Assembly (NCBI GenBank): GCA_964634875.1
Contig: CAZWKA010000007.1
Coordinates: forward strand, 1,649 to 65,648
Length of the DNA: 64,000 bases
Source: an uncultured Gammaproteobacteria bacterium
GTDB lineage: Bacteria; Patescibacteriota; Patescibacteriia; Magasanikbacterales; GWA2-37-8
Direction: 5' to 3'
The notes under the pieces were generated by a model that saw only the letters and a list, made by a program, of their open reading frames with translations, was not told the DNA's origin and did not search any database. The translations under genes were made by a program, and so were the position numbers. Numbering within the stretch: position 1 is the first letter of the stretch; every line of letters starts with the position of its first letter. This document shows, piece after piece, positions 46,750-57,007 of this stretch.

Positions 46750-48765
46750 TTAAGACAAAACGAGTTTCTTCTCTTTCTTCTCTTCCTTATACGCCTGGAT
46801 GATATCCCCTTCTTCAACTTTTACCTTACCATCATATTGTACACCACCTTCATTGCCTTCGGGAAGTTCGTTGACTGATTGTTTGCCGCTTTGAAGGGCG
46901 CTGATTTTGCCAAGGCCAATAACCTGACCATCGCGCTTGATGCGGGCTTTGGAGCCTGCAATGAGCTTGCCGCCTTCGACGCGACCACCAACGATCATGG
47001 AATTTTTAGCTGTGCGGAAAATAGCCAAGACTTTGAGGTGACCAAGTTCAGTCGTAATAAATTCAGGGTTGAGCATTTTTTCAAGCTCGTCCTTTACCTC
47101 ATCGAACAAGTCGTAGATGACTTTATACTCTTTGTAGCGGACGCCGGTTTTCTGGATCATTTCCATCGCAATAGGCGTTTTGGTAACGTTGAAAGCGAAC
47201 ACCGTCGCATTTGCTGTTTCGGCCGCCGTGACATCATCGGCCATAATGTTCCCCAGACCCTTACCGATAACACGGACATTGGCTTCATCATTTTTAATTT
47301 TCTCCAAAGAACCAATGATTGCCTCAAGCGACCCTAGGGTATCTGCTTTAATAACTACGTTCAAAACTTTTTTCTGATCTTCTTCGTCATCAGATTCATT
47401 GACTTGAGTGGCGACTTGTTTTTCAGCACCAGTCTGCAGAGTGCGCTTACTCTTCATATTCACAAGCGTCGCTGTGCCAGCCTGGGCAATGTCGAGGATA
47501 TCGCCAACTTGTGGGGCGATTTTGAAACCCAAAATTCTAACCGGAGTGCTAGGTCCGGCTTTGGTAATCGCTTCGGCGCGATAATTTTTGAGCGCGCGAA
47601 CCTTGCCATAAATTTCACCGTTCACGACCAGCGGATCATTGATACTGAGCGTACCCGTTTGAACAAGGATCGTCACGACAGCACCTTCACCTTTGTCAAC
47701 GCGGGCTTCGATAACCGTACCAGCTGCCGGACGGTCCGGATTAGCTTTGATCGTGTCTTTGTATAAATCGGCCACCAAGAGCAAGGCGTCGAGAATTTTA
47801 TCAATATTCAGTTTTTGTTTGGCGGAAATTTCAACCATCACAGTGTCACCACCCCATTCTTGCGGGATAATATTGTATTGTCCAAGCGAAGCGCGCACCC
47901 GCTCAACATCAGCACCTGGTTTATCAATTTTGTTGATTGCAACGATGAAGGGCAATTTGGCGGCCTTAATAATGTTAATCGCTTCTACGGTCTGCGGTTT
48001 GATACCATCATCGGCGGCAACAACCAAAACAGCAATGTCAGCAACCTTGGCTCCACGACTGCGCATAACTGTAAAGGCTTCGTGACCCGGTGTATCAATA
48101 AAAGTAAGCGGGGTTTCTTCTTTAGTAACCGGGTTTGTCCAGATTACCTGGTACGCACCAATGTGCTGAGTGATACCACCAGCTTCGCGGCTCACCACAT
48201 TAGTACTCCGGATCGAGTCAAGAAGTGTTGTCTTACCGTGGTCAACGTGACCCATAACGACAACGACCGGCGCGCGCGGCGTGGTCATGTCACCCGCCAG
48301 CATGGTGGCCAAATTTTCAAGATGCGTATCGACAACTTCGGCTTCAGCGCCGCCTTCAGCGACCGTAAAGCCAAGTTCCTCGGCGAGGAGGACTGCAGTG
48401 TCGTGATCAATATTTTCATTCTGCGTTGCCAAGATACCATTTTTCATGAGCTCCAAAATAAGCTTGTTGATAGGCAGGCTTAATTTTTCAGCTAATTCCT
48501 TTACCGTCAAAACACCTGGAATGGAAACACTGATACCACTTTCCCGGCGCTGTTCTTTTTCGAGTTCTTTTTGTTTTTCTTTTTCAACCCGGTCGCGCTC
48601 CTCTAATACAAATTTGATGCGGCGCCATTCACGCTGGATTTGCTGGGCGACACGGTCATCGATCTTAACGGCGCGGGCGCCAATATCAAAACCAAACTCG
48701 GGCAGAATTTGTAAAAGTTTCTGGGGATGGATGCGGAGGCCGCGGGCCAGTTCGGAGACATTCAT
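46750..48765 (-). CDS. infB: Translation initiation factor IF-2
   Basis: MGHVDHGKTTLLD, EAGGITQHIGAY, DTPGHEAF and NKID motifs. Confidence 0.98.
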   Translation of the reverse strand: MNVSELARGLRIHPQKLLQILPEFGFDIGARAVKIDDRVAQQIQREWRRIKFVLEERDRVEKEKQKELEKEQRRESGISVSIPGVLTVKELAEKLSLPINKLILELMKNGILATQNENIDHDTAVLLAEELGFTVAEGGAEAEVVDTHLENLATMLAGDMTTPRAPVVVVMGHVDHGKTTLLDSIRSTNVVSREAGGITQHIGAYQVIWTNPVTKEETPLTFIDTPGHEAFTVMRSRGAKVADIAVLVVAADDGIKPQTVEAINIIKAAKLPFIVAINKIDKPGADVERVRASLGQYNIIPQEWGGDTVMVEISAKQKLNIDKILDALLLVADLYKDTIKANPDRPAAGTVIEARVDKGEGAVVTILVQTGTLSINDPLVVNGEIYGKVRALKNYRAEAITKAGPSTPVRILGFKIAPQVGDILDIAQAGTATLVNMKSKRTLQTGAEKQVATQVNESDDEEDQKKVLNVVIKADTLGSLEAIIGSLEKIKNDEANVRVIGKGLGNIMADDVTAAETANATVFAFNVTKTPIAMEMIQKTGVRYKEYKVIYDLFDEVKDELEKMLNPEFITTELGHLKVLAIFRTAKNSMIVGGRVEGGKLIAGSKARIKRDGQVIGLGKISALQSGKQSVNELPEGNEGGVQYDGKVKVEEGDIIQAYKEEKKEKKLVLS

Positions 48766-48962
48766 GAGAAAAAGGTTGAAGTTGAGTAAATTATTGCGTA
48801 AGTATAGCCTAGCCTCGCCAAAAGGTCAATAAACAAGGAAGGTGCCCCGCTTTTAGGATATGACTTTAAATTATGAATCCTATCTTGACCGATGGGCACT
48901 TTTATGATCTTCTAGACTATACGCTTCGCCAAATGTTTCACTGACCATCAAGGAGTTGAACC

Positions 48963-49475
48963 ATGACCCGATTATTCCTGCTATCCGGTTGTCTCACGCT
49001 TGTGCTGGCCTGCTCGGCAACAAGCCCGTTGCCTCCTACCGAAGTGGCGCCTGGGATCCCTCCCGCACACATGAACGCTCCTGACGACCAGGACTACAAC
49101 ACCCCGATGAACCAGCTCGTCTTGCACCGGGACATCATCTGCGGCGGCAATCCCCAATCTTTTGACCTGCTGCGGTGCATGCGCCTGGAGATCGAGGTTG
49201 GCTTGCGGTGCGGCCAAAAAGGCCGACTCGAGTCAGGCATAAACGGCAAGGACGAGAACCTCGACTGCCTGGTGCTTGCCAAAGATAAGCCCTACAGATT
49301 CGCTCTCGGCACCCTTGATGAGCGAGTTCCCGAATGCGCCGGAGGTAGTTGGCGGACTGACGTAGAGTGTAAAGCCGTCCTCAAGGCAGGCGCGTTCTAC
49401 TGTGGCCGGCACCTCGACCATCCCGAAACATCGCTGCCCGAGTTCTGCAGCGTGCTCACGCAACACCTGCCGTAA
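48963..49475 (+). CDS. Cys-rich putative lipoprotein (islet)
   Basis: AAGGAGTTGAACCATG; signal peptide ending LVLAC; GC-rich. Confidence 0.75.
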   Translation: MTRLFLLSGCLTLVLACSATSPLPPTEVAPGIPPAHMNAPDDQDYNTPMNQLVLHRDIICGGNPQSFDLLRCMRLEIEVGLRCGQKGRLESGINGKDENLDCLVLAKDKPYRFALGTLDERVPECAGGSWRTDVECKAVLKAGAFYCGRHLDHPETSLPEFCSVLTQHLP

Positions 49476-49674
49476 AAAGATCTTTTTCCTAGTTCCAAGC
49501 CCCCGACCATCACTCCTTTCGTCGTAAAAACCAGTGACCCCGCGCTCGCTCTGAGAAGCTTGAGCGCACCTTCTCCAAACACCCTTTAGCATAGAAGTAT
49601 TTTAAGGATGTTAGGAACAGGTTCAATAAATACCCTAATTTAAGCCATTTTAGCTTAACCACGGCGAAACACCC

Positions 49675-49789
49675 TTGACAAAATGCTCAAAATGTGCTAG
49701 GATTGTTCGTTCCTGAAAAAGATCAGGAAGTTCTTTTAAATAGTGGCTGATGCCGTAAAACCCTTTAGGGATAGAGGTTTCTACGGCAT
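49675..49789 (+). promoter_or_regulatory. Promoter TTGACA-17-TAGGAT, boxA-like GTTCTTTTAAATA, and leader hairpins
   Basis: -10 at 49698-49703; motif at 49730-49742; stem ATGCCGTA...TACGGCAT at 49750-49789. Confidence 0.7.
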
Positions 49790-49885
49790 TTGCCAAACAA
49801 CCATTTCAGGGAGGCGGAAAAACCAAAATTCCACTGCCTTGAGACCCAACGTCGACCAAACGAACTTTTTCGGAGGAACCTGAAC

Positions 49886-51043
49886 ATGAAGAACGCACAC
49901 CTGACGACCCTCGCCGCGCTCGCCCAGCGACTGAGCTCCCTGCTCATCCTGGCGGCGCTCAGCGCTTGCTTCGACTTCGGCGCCCTCGTGGGGCCGTGCC
50001 AGCCGAACTCCACCGCCCCGGGGTGCGTCAGCCCCCCGGACATCGCGTGCGAGGAGCCCGACGACTGCATCGGCAGCCGCCTCACCACGGTCTGCCAGGG
50101 CGGCCGCTGCCGCTCCACCGCGACGGGGAAGTGCAACAGCACCGTGAACTGCGCGAGCGGCCTCGAGTGCAACTCGGGCTCCTGCAAGGAGCCCATGAGC
50201 ATGATGCCCGACATGGGCACGGTCGACCCCAAGACCTGCCAGAATGAGAAGAACTGCGCGCCCGGCGCCGCGTGCACCGACCAGGCGCAGTGCCTCTCCG
50301 GCATCTGTGAGACCGGCACCTGCCGGGCGAAGCTCACCGAGACCTGCAAGGAGCACAACGAGTGCCAGGCCAGCCTGACCTGCGGGCCGAACAAGACCTG
50401 CCAGGCCAGCGGAGGCGCCGCGTGCACCGACCAGGCGCAGTGCCTCTCCGGCATCTGCAAGACCGGCACCTGCCGCGGCAAGGTCGGCGACGGCTGCACC
50501 ACGGCCGCGACCGACTGCGATGACAACCTCATCTGCCCGTCGGGCACCCGCAAGTGCACGGTGCCCACCCTGCCCAAGTGCACGGTCGGCACGCAGCTCG
50601 ACGGCCCCACCAACCCCTGCGGTGGCGACCAGACCAACACGGTGTGTTCGCCGCTCGACAAGTGTGGCGTTGATCGGTACGTCAGCAAGGCGGCCGACTG
50701 TGACCTCACGAAGGCCCCGATGTTCGCCGGCAACCCCGGCGGCAAGGGCGTCTGCGCCGTGGGTGTCAAGCAGTACATGTTCATCCAGAACAAGGGCGAC
50801 GCGACCAAGGTGTCCGTGATCGCGACCCCGCCCCGCACCATCGCCGACCCGGCCGACGGGTCGTTCTACACCTTCAACGACACGGAATTCGTCTCGGCCT
50901 TCGCGGCGAACGGCGGCGACCAGACCACCACGATCGCGTTCTGCTACAACACCAAGTGGAACGCCATCGGCAAGGGCGAGTCCCCGGCCTACGTGTGCGG
51001 CGGACCCAACAAGTGCTGCAGCAGCGCCGTCACCCCTCCGTAG
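49886..51043 (+). CDS. Very high-GC Cys-rich repeat lipoprotein (385 aa)
   Basis: GGAGG SD; lipobox LSAC; repeated GAACTDQAQCLSGIC modules; 43/60 GC at 50041-50100. Confidence 0.85.
   Translation: MKNAHLTTLAALAQRLSSLLILAALSACFDFGALVGPCQPNSTAPGCVSPPDIACEEPDDCIGSRLTTVCQGGRCRSTATGKCNSTVNCASGLECNSGSCKEPMSMMPDMGTVDPKTCQNEKNCAPGAACTDQAQCLSGICETGTCRAKLTETCKEHNECQASLTCGPNKTCQASGGAACTDQAQCLSGICKTGTCRGKVGDGCTTAATDCDDNLICPSGTRKCTVPTLPKCTVGTQLDGPTNPCGGDQTNTVCSPLDKCGVDRYVSKAADCDLTKAPMFAGNPGGKGVCAVGVKQYMFIQNKGDATKVSVIATPPRTIADPADGSFYTFNDTEFVSAFAANGGDQTTTIAFCYNTKWNAIGKGESPAYVCGGPNKCCSSAVTPP
50264..50475 (+). repeat. Intragenic 62-bp direct repeat
   Basis: 50264-50325 versus 50414-50475, two mismatches, 150-bp offset. 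Confidence 0.9.
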
Positions 51044-51220
51044 GCTGAGGCTGCCTCACACCTACCCAATCGCTCCTTCCGCAGCCCCACGGCTGCCATC
51101 CTACCACCGGCGCGCCTCGACTCTGTCGAGCGCGCGCCACTTCCCATTATCGTTTTACTTTGTAGAAAAATAATGGGAGCGCCTTCCACCAACCGCCCTT
51201 CGACAAAAAGGAGCCCGAAC

Positions 51221-51748
51221 ATGCGACTGATCCAGACCCTTTTTTTTGCCAGTTTTGTCTTGTTGCTCGGCTGCGCGACGCCCCAGGTGGCGTCGCCGCC
51301 GGTCGAACACCCCGCCACGTTGGGCGGCGAGCCGGTCGCCAACGGTAGCTGGGACGCCCAGCAGGAGGCGGATCGCGAGACGAGTGAGCGCATGGAGCGG
51401 TACAGGCTCCAGGACGACCTGATCCAGAACCGAATCGCCTTCATCTGCCCCGACGCCGATGGAAGCGAGAAGACCTCCACTCTGACGCCGGAGCGCTGCC
51501 AGCTGACAATGTCTGCCTGGCACGATAACTTCAAGATGCGGCGCGAGTGGTGCCGCCGCGTTAGCGACGGGAAGTGCAACTACCACGTCGACTTCCTCTT
51601 GTGCCAGGTGACGAACCCGCCGTGGAAGACGTCGGCCTGCGACGAAGAAGGGGCACAGTTCATCAAGAACTACCCCGAGCTCGGCGACGATAGCAAGGCG
51701 TACCACGAGCGACGCCCCGACCCGGGCTCCGACGTCTACTACCCGTAG
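51221..51748 (+). CDS. High-GC putative lipoprotein
   Basis: AAAAAGGAGCCCGAACATG; lipobox LLGC; six further Cys. Confidence 0.8.
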   Translation: MRLIQTLFFASFVLLLGCATPQVASPPVEHPATLGGEPVANGSWDAQQEADRETSERMERYRLQDDLIQNRIAFICPDADGSEKTSTLTPERCQLTMSAWHDNFKMRREWCRRVSDGKCNYHVDFLLCQVTNPPWKTSACDEEGAQFIKNYPELGDDSKAYHERRPDPGSDVYYP

Positions 51749-51854
51749 ACCCAAACCCCACCCCACCAGTCGAGCGTTCCTGCCCCCGGCAGTGCAACGC
51801 TCCTGGCTTCCCCCTTTGCCAAGAAACCAAAGTTTATCGGCAGAGCAGGAAGGT

Positions 51855-51883
51855 TTGACACTCCACCCCTCCCCTGGTATACT
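51855..51883 (+). promoter_or_regulatory. Promoter TTGACA-17-TATACT upstream of rny
   Basis: Near-consensus with extended -10. Confidence 0.8.
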
Positions 51884-51923
51884 TGGTTCAGTTACTTTAA
51901 TTTATAAAGATTTTTGAGCGAAA

Positions 51924-52083
51924 ACTCTGGTTAGAAAAAAGTCCGAAATTTCCTTACTTTCACAGCATTTCGTAACTTATTTATGTCATTTACTCCTCAC
52001 ATTCTAAGAGAAAATCTCCCTTGGAAAGCGGCTTTAGCCGTCAGAGTGTTGTAATTGGCCTAAAATCTTCTAACCCACGGGGT
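51924..52083 (+). ncRNA. Candidate structured RNA (6S-like or rny leader)
   Basis: GGTTAGAA/TTCTAACC closing stem and ACAGCATTT/GAGTGTTGT inner stem; about 160 nt between a strong promoter and rny. Confidence 0.35.
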
Positions 52084-52142
52084 CTCTTGTGAGACCTCTA
52101 TACGAGTAATCCTCATTAATCCTGAGGTTTTTTTATTTTTAT

Positions 52143-53675
52143 ATGGTAATCAAATACATTATCGCCGGCGTTATTGCCCTGGTCGGTACTGGTTTAGGCC
52201 TCCTTATTGGGTACATGCTCAGAAAGAAGATTGCCCAAGCCGAAGCAAATTCAATCGAAGCTCGAGCTGAAAAGCTCCTCATCGAAGCCAAGAACAAACA
52301 GCAAGAAATCTTGCTTGAAGGAAAAGAAAAAGCCACTAAAGTGCTTGATGAAGCCAAGCAAGAAGAAAAACAGATCCGCCAAGAACTCCGCACCATCCAA
52401 GAGCGCTTAGAGCGCCGCGAAACCACCTTTGACCAAAAACTCCTTGAGTTCCAAGCCCAAGAAAAGCAACTCTTAGAAAAGATTGAACGCGTTAAACAGA
52501 TTAAAGTAGAAATTGAAGGCCTTAAAGAAGAACAGATGCTCAAACTCCAACAAGTTGCTGCCTTGACCCGGGACGAAGCCAAGGATCAATTGCTGGTTAA
52601 AATAGAGGAACAAAGCAAGACGGATCTCATGGGCCGTATCATTAAACTGGAAAAAGAATCCTCCGAAGTTTTTGAAGATAAAGCCCGCGACATTATCACC
52701 GACGCGATCCAGCGCTGTGCCAGCAGCCACGCTGCCGAAACTACTTCGTCGATCGTCCACATCCCAAGCGAAGAAATGAAGGGACGTATTATCGGTAAAG
52801 AAGGCCGCAACATCAAGACGATTGAAAAACTGACCGGTTGCGAAATTATTATTGACGACACCCCGGAATCAATTATCGTTTCCGGCTTCTCCCCTATCCG
52901 CCGACAAGTTGCGAAACTCGCGATCGAAAAACTGATTGCTGACGGCCGCATCCAACCCGCCCGCATCGAAGAATTTGTTGAAAAAGCCAAACAGGATTTA
53001 GCGCTCGACATTAAAAAAGCTGGTGAAGAGGCGCTCTATAAAATGGGTATTACAGGTATTGATCCCAAACTCGTTAACATTGTTGGCCGCCTCAAGTACC
53101 GCACGAGTTATGGCCAGAACATCATGAACCACTCCACCGAAGTGGGCTACCTCGCCGCCCTGATCGCAGCCGAACTGGGTCTCGATGAAGCGAAAGCTAA
53201 GAAATGTGGTTTCTTCCACGATATTGGTAAATCAGTTGACCAAGAAACCCAAGGGTCGCATCCTGAGATTGGGCACATGATCCTCAAGAAGTTTAATATG
53301 GACGAGGATATCTGCCAGGCCGCACTCACCCATCACAACGACAAGCCATACAATATTTATTCTTCGGTTGCAAAAGCTGCTGACGCTATTTCCGGCGCCC
53401 GCGTTGGTGCCCGGCGCGACACCTACGAACAATACATTACCCGTCTCGAAGACCTCGAAAAAACTGCCGGCTCCTTCCCTGGTATCGAAAAAGTGTATGC
53501 TATCCAGGCTGGTCGTGAAGTTCGTGTGTTTGTCCGTCCGAATGAAATTGACGATTACGCTGCTTATCAACTAGCCAAAGATATCGCCCACAAAATTGAA
53601 CAAGAACTTAAGTACCCAGGAGAAATTCGCGTGTCACTGATTCGCGAGACCCGCGTGATTGAATACGCCCGCTAA
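52143..53675 (+). CDS. rny: Ribonuclease Y
   Basis: N-terminal TM, coiled coil, KH (KGRIIGKEGRNI) and HD (FHDIGK) domains. Confidence 0.97.
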   Translation: MVIKYIIAGVIALVGTGLGLLIGYMLRKKIAQAEANSIEARAEKLLIEAKNKQQEILLEGKEKATKVLDEAKQEEKQIRQELRTIQERLERRETTFDQKLLEFQAQEKQLLEKIERVKQIKVEIEGLKEEQMLKLQQVAALTRDEAKDQLLVKIEEQSKTDLMGRIIKLEKESSEVFEDKARDIITDAIQRCASSHAAETTSSIVHIPSEEMKGRIIGKEGRNIKTIEKLTGCEIIIDDTPESIIVSGFSPIRRQVAKLAIEKLIADGRIQPARIEEFVEKAKQDLALDIKKAGEEALYKMGITGIDPKLVNIVGRLKYRTSYGQNIMNHSTEVGYLAALIAAELGLDEAKAKKCGFFHDIGKSVDQETQGSHPEIGHMILKKFNMDEDICQAALTHHNDKPYNIYSSVAKAADAISGARVGARRDTYEQYITRLEDLEKTAGSFPGIEKVYAIQAGREVRVFVRPNEIDDYAAYQLAKDIAHKIEQELKYPGEIRVSLIRETRVIEYAR

Positions 53676-53798
53676 AATGAGCTGTGGAAAAGTGTGCTTG
53701 GCTGAGCATAGCCAAAAAAAGACGACCGTGATATAGTAGCCGTATCATTACTCAGGCCTCAAGGTCACATACTTGAGTCCTCTAAAAAGAATGGATCT

Positions 53799-54074
53799 AT
53801 GAACAAAGCAGAATTGGCCCAAACTTTGGCCGAAAAACTGAACGTTTCAAAACGTGAAGCCGAAGATATGCTTAACTTATTGGTCGAAACAATCACTATG
53901 ACCCTTAAGAAAGGCGAAGAAGTTGTGTTAACTGGTTTTGGCGCTTTCAGTGCCAAGCAACGCGCAGCTCGCACCGGTGTTAACCCACAGAATCCTTCAC
54001 AAAAAATCCAGATCCCAGCCGTTATGGTTCCTAAATTTAAAGCTGGCAAAGCCCTCAAAGACGCCCTCAAATAA
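53799..54074 (+). CDS. hup: HU family DNA-binding protein
   Basis: MNKAEL, LTGFGAF, ARTGVNPQ and PKFKAGKALKD motifs. Confidence 0.95.
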   Translation: MNKAELAQTLAEKLNVSKREAEDMLNLLVETITMTLKKGEEVVLTGFGAFSAKQRAARTGVNPQNPSQKIQIPAVMVPKFKAGKALKDALK

Positions 54075-54135
54075 TTATTACGGACAGTAAAGATCCTCCC
54101 GCTTGTCGGGGGGATTTTTTTATCTCCTTGCTATA

Positions 54136-54164
54136 TTGACAAAAACCACAATCTCACATATACT
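54136..54164 (+). promoter_or_regulatory. Promoter TTGACA-17-TATACT
   Basis: Follows the HU terminator and precedes the high-GC ORF. Confidence 0.8.
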
Positions 54165-54263
54165 GAACTGTTTCTTAGCCAGTCGCTCGGGAAATTTCCT
54201 AACCACCTTTTTTGGGTTGGTCAGGGTTCGCCCCGGCTGACTAGGAACACAGGAGGAACGCTA

Positions 54264-55451
54264 ATGTTCAAAGGAAAGATAGAAATTACGGCCATGGTCT
54301 TTGCCGTGCTCGCCGATGAGCGGTTGGGTCTGACGGCCGAACTACAACGGGCCCGCGATGAAGCGGCGGATGCGCAGAAGATCGGCAAGATCGAGAGTTC
54401 GCTGTCCGGCAACCGGGACGAGTGGTTCCGACGGCTCGACAATCTCGAGACGACCACCTTCGACAGGATCGACCTGCCGAAGGACGAGCTGCTCGCGATC
54501 TTCATGGCGGATCTTGCCATAGCGGAAGAGCACACACCCTGCAGTAATGGGTGGGGGCTCGACATGGCCATCCAGATGGTCGAGCAGCGGCTTAGCCCGG
54601 CGCACGGACGCCTGGCAGCCATCTGGCGCATGACCCTCGACGGACTCGCCGAGCGGAACGCCCCACTCGACGCCATGCTCATCACGAAGCTGGCGATCTT
54701 GAACGCCATCCGGCGCGAGCAAACGCCCGATCAACCGGCTATCGACAGTCTCATCAACGAGATCAAGAGTGCTGCGCTCCAGATCGACGAGGCAAAGCGT
54801 CGGAGCCGCGTGCTCTCGTGGCTGCTTCGGCAGGCCGGCATCGTCGCTCGCCGCACTGGCAACTACCCTCTGGCCAGTGAGATGCAGGAGCTGGCGGCCG
54901 AAACCGCCACCGACCGGGCGAACAAAACGATGTACCGCTTCCTCAGCCTGGTCGAACAGCACAACCAGGCGGTGTTCACGGGGAGCGACAACACCCCGTT
55001 CACCGCCCAGGCTCTCGATGACGCCTACGACGACGTCATGGAGGCCATGGGCAAGGGGCACGACTGGGCACCGAACCCCCCGATTCATGTCGTCTGGGCC
55101 TGGTGGCTCGCCGATCTGAGAGGTCCTCAGGACGAGGTGCTCATCGAGCAGACCATCGGCCTCAGCGGCAAGCAGGCCGAAGTCTTCGTGGACTGGATCA
55201 CCCTCATCCAGGCCATCCGGGCCGAGCGCCACGGTGACCACATCGCTGCCACCGAGTTCGCTCTCCGGATCATCGAGACGGCCAAGGGCGACGAGATCCG
55301 TGCGAGCGCCTACGTGCTCCTCGGCAACCTCGCCGTCACCGAGGACGAGCAGGCCAGCTACTACCTTCTGGGCAGCCGCGCCAACAAGAGCGAGGGCCAC
55401 CAGGTGGCCAAGCTCGCCGAGCGCAAGCTGCAGTCGCTGCTGCAGCGCTAA
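54264..55451 (+). CDS. High-GC all-helical (TPR-like) hypothetical protein
   Basis: AGGAGG-7nt-ATG; strong GC bias at third positions; Ala/Leu-rich helical pattern; no signal peptide. Confidence 0.75.
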   Translation: MFKGKIEITAMVFAVLADERLGLTAELQRARDEAADAQKIGKIESSLSGNRDEWFRRLDNLETTTFDRIDLPKDELLAIFMADLAIAEEHTPCSNGWGLDMAIQMVEQRLSPAHGRLAAIWRMTLDGLAERNAPLDAMLITKLAILNAIRREQTPDQPAIDSLINEIKSAALQIDEAKRRSRVLSWLLRQAGIVARRTGNYPLASEMQELAAETATDRANKTMYRFLSLVEQHNQAVFTGSDNTPFTAQALDDAYDDVMEAMGKGHDWAPNPPIHVVWAWWLADLRGPQDEVLIEQTIGLSGKQAEVFVDWITLIQAIRAERHGDHIAATEFALRIIETAKGDEIRASAYVLLGNLAVTEDEQASYYLLGSRANKSEGHQVAKLAERKLQSLLQR

Positions 55452-55611
55452 CCCTGCGCCACCACCCTTCCTTTCACAATGGCCGACCGGGCGGCCATCT
55501 CTTCATTCTTGAAAAATACTTTTCACGAGTGAAGATATCCTGACGCTGTTGGGATGCAGATTTCTCTACCTACTTTGCTTACCCAAAAAGATTGAGTATA
55601 CTCAAGGGCGT

Positions 55612-56427
55612 ATGAACCCCACTCAATTTCGCCAAAAAATTTATGCTTACGCTGCTAGCGCAAATCGCCAGCTCCCCTGGCGTGAAACCACCGACCCTTA
55701 CAAAATTTTGGTTTCGGAAATCATGCTCCAGCAAACTCAAGCTGAACGCGTGATTCCAAAATATAAAGCCTTTATTAAACAATTTCCCACTTTCAAAAAA
55801 CTAGCCAACGCAAAACTTCCTGACCTCCTAAGCGCTTGGCAGGGGCTTGGCTACAACCGTCGCGCACTGTCACTCCAAAAAGCTTCCAAAATAGTTATTC
55901 AAAAATACAAAGGAAAAGTACCTAACGATCCCGAACTCCTCAAAGAACTTCCTGGTATCGGACCGGCTACAGCAGCATCGATCGTTGTCTACGCTTTTAA
56001 CCTGCCATTTGTTTTTATTGAAACAAATGTACGCACGGTTTTTATTCATTCTTTTTTTTCGAACCGAACTGATGTTACTGATACTGAGCTACTTCCAATT
56101 ATCACCAAAATGTTAGATCGAGGTAACCCACGTAAATGGTATAATGCGCTCATGGATTATGGGGTTATGCTCAAAAAAACCCATAAAAACCCCAGTCGCG
56201 CGAGCGCCCACCATACCAAGCAATCCACCTTTAAAGGGTCTCTCCGGCAGGTGCGTGGACGAATTATAAAAATAATTACACATAAAAAAAATAGTACCCT
56301 CGAGGAACTTACTAAAGAAACCATTGATCTGCCACAAGCATCGTCCGATACCTTGGATACACTTATTACTCAGCTTGAGAAAGAAGGTTTTTTAAAAAGG
56401 AAAGGCACACGGATCAGTATTGCCTAA
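55612..56427 (+). CDS. mutY: A/G-specific adenine glycosylase (HhH-GPD, MutY-like, no Fe-S cluster)
   Basis: LPWRET, VSEIMLQQTQ, WQGLGYNRRA and LPGIGPATA motifs. Confidence 0.88.
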   Translation: MNPTQFRQKIYAYAASANRQLPWRETTDPYKILVSEIMLQQTQAERVIPKYKAFIKQFPTFKKLANAKLPDLLSAWQGLGYNRRALSLQKASKIVIQKYKGKVPNDPELLKELPGIGPATAASIVVYAFNLPFVFIETNVRTVFIHSFFSNRTDVTDTELLPIITKMLDRGNPRKWYNALMDYGVMLKKTHKNPSRASAHHTKQSTFKGSLRQVRGRIIKIITHKKNSTLEELTKETIDLPQASSDTLDTLITQLEKEGFLKRKGTRISIA

Positions 56428-56530
56428 AATCCCTAAACCCTTGATTTTTTTGTGGTTTTAGTGTATAAAAAAAGCATACCCTTATTACTTCGCACCTTAA
56501 AAACCAGCAACACAACCGGGAGGTGCTCGT

Positions 56531-57007
56531 ATGGACCACCGAAAGCCGCTAACTGTTACTTCATCCTGGACAGAGTCCCTAGAGCTGGCAACAGCGACCG
56601 TCTCGCTCTTCGCCATGCTCTTCGGCATCGTCTGGTATATGGGTGCTAGCGCTGAAGCCCACTGGATCAGCCCGCCGCTACTGTGGCACCACAATGCGGT
56701 CGGTAAGCCAACCGACTTTTGGTGGTTCCAGGGAGCGTGTGCCACCCTGCTCTACCTCGGCGCCGGGATTGCCTTCTTCTGGTCGTTCATGCGGATCCTC
56801 GCCCGTCACCAGACCAAGGAGAAGCAGCGGATCGCCGACCAGGTCGTCGCTGAGGCGCAATGGGACAAATTGTACGAGTCTTTCTTCACTTCCCCACGCC
56901 CACCCGCCCTCAGTTCAGTGGAGATGGAGACTCACCAACTACCCGTAGCGACTCCAAAGCGACGGACACGTCGTCCGGGGCGCAGAAAAGCAGCCAGAGC
57001 AGCGTAG
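56531..57007 (+). CDS. GC-rich two-TM protein with basic C-terminal tail (islet)
   Basis: TTGATT-17-TATAAA at 56441-56469; CGCACCTTAAAAAC at 56491-56504; GGGAGG SD; downstream hairpin TAGACACCTTCA/TGAAGGTGTCTA. Confidence 0.7.
   Translation: MDHRKPLTVTSSWTESLELATATVSLFAMLFGIVWYMGASAEAHWISPPLLWHHNAVGKPTDFWWFQGACATLLYLGAGIAFFWSFMRILARHQTKEKQRIADQVVAEAQWDKLYESFFTSPRPPALSSVEMETHQLPVATPKRRTRRPGRRKAARAA

Noticed and set aside
50264-50475. 62-bp repeat as a DGR template/variable pair
   Set aside because: Both copies are in frame in one gene, and one of the two differences (T/C) is not at an adenine.
48963-51748. High-GC block as a prophage or IS-borne island
   Set aside because: No phage, integrase or transposase genes or terminal repeats, and AT-rich promoter spacers separate the genes.
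48766-52143. Switch of core-gene strand as replication origin or terminus
   Set aside because: By eye the plus strand stays C-rich on both sides, and no DnaA-box cluster or dif-like site was recognised; a cumulative skew plot would be needed.
54342-55400. 352-aa minus-strand ORF, and similar ones at 49765-50841, 11794-12486 and 51155-51766
   Set aside because: Antisense open frames expected from extreme GC3 bias; the plus-strand frames have the SD, promoter and, where applicable, signal peptides.
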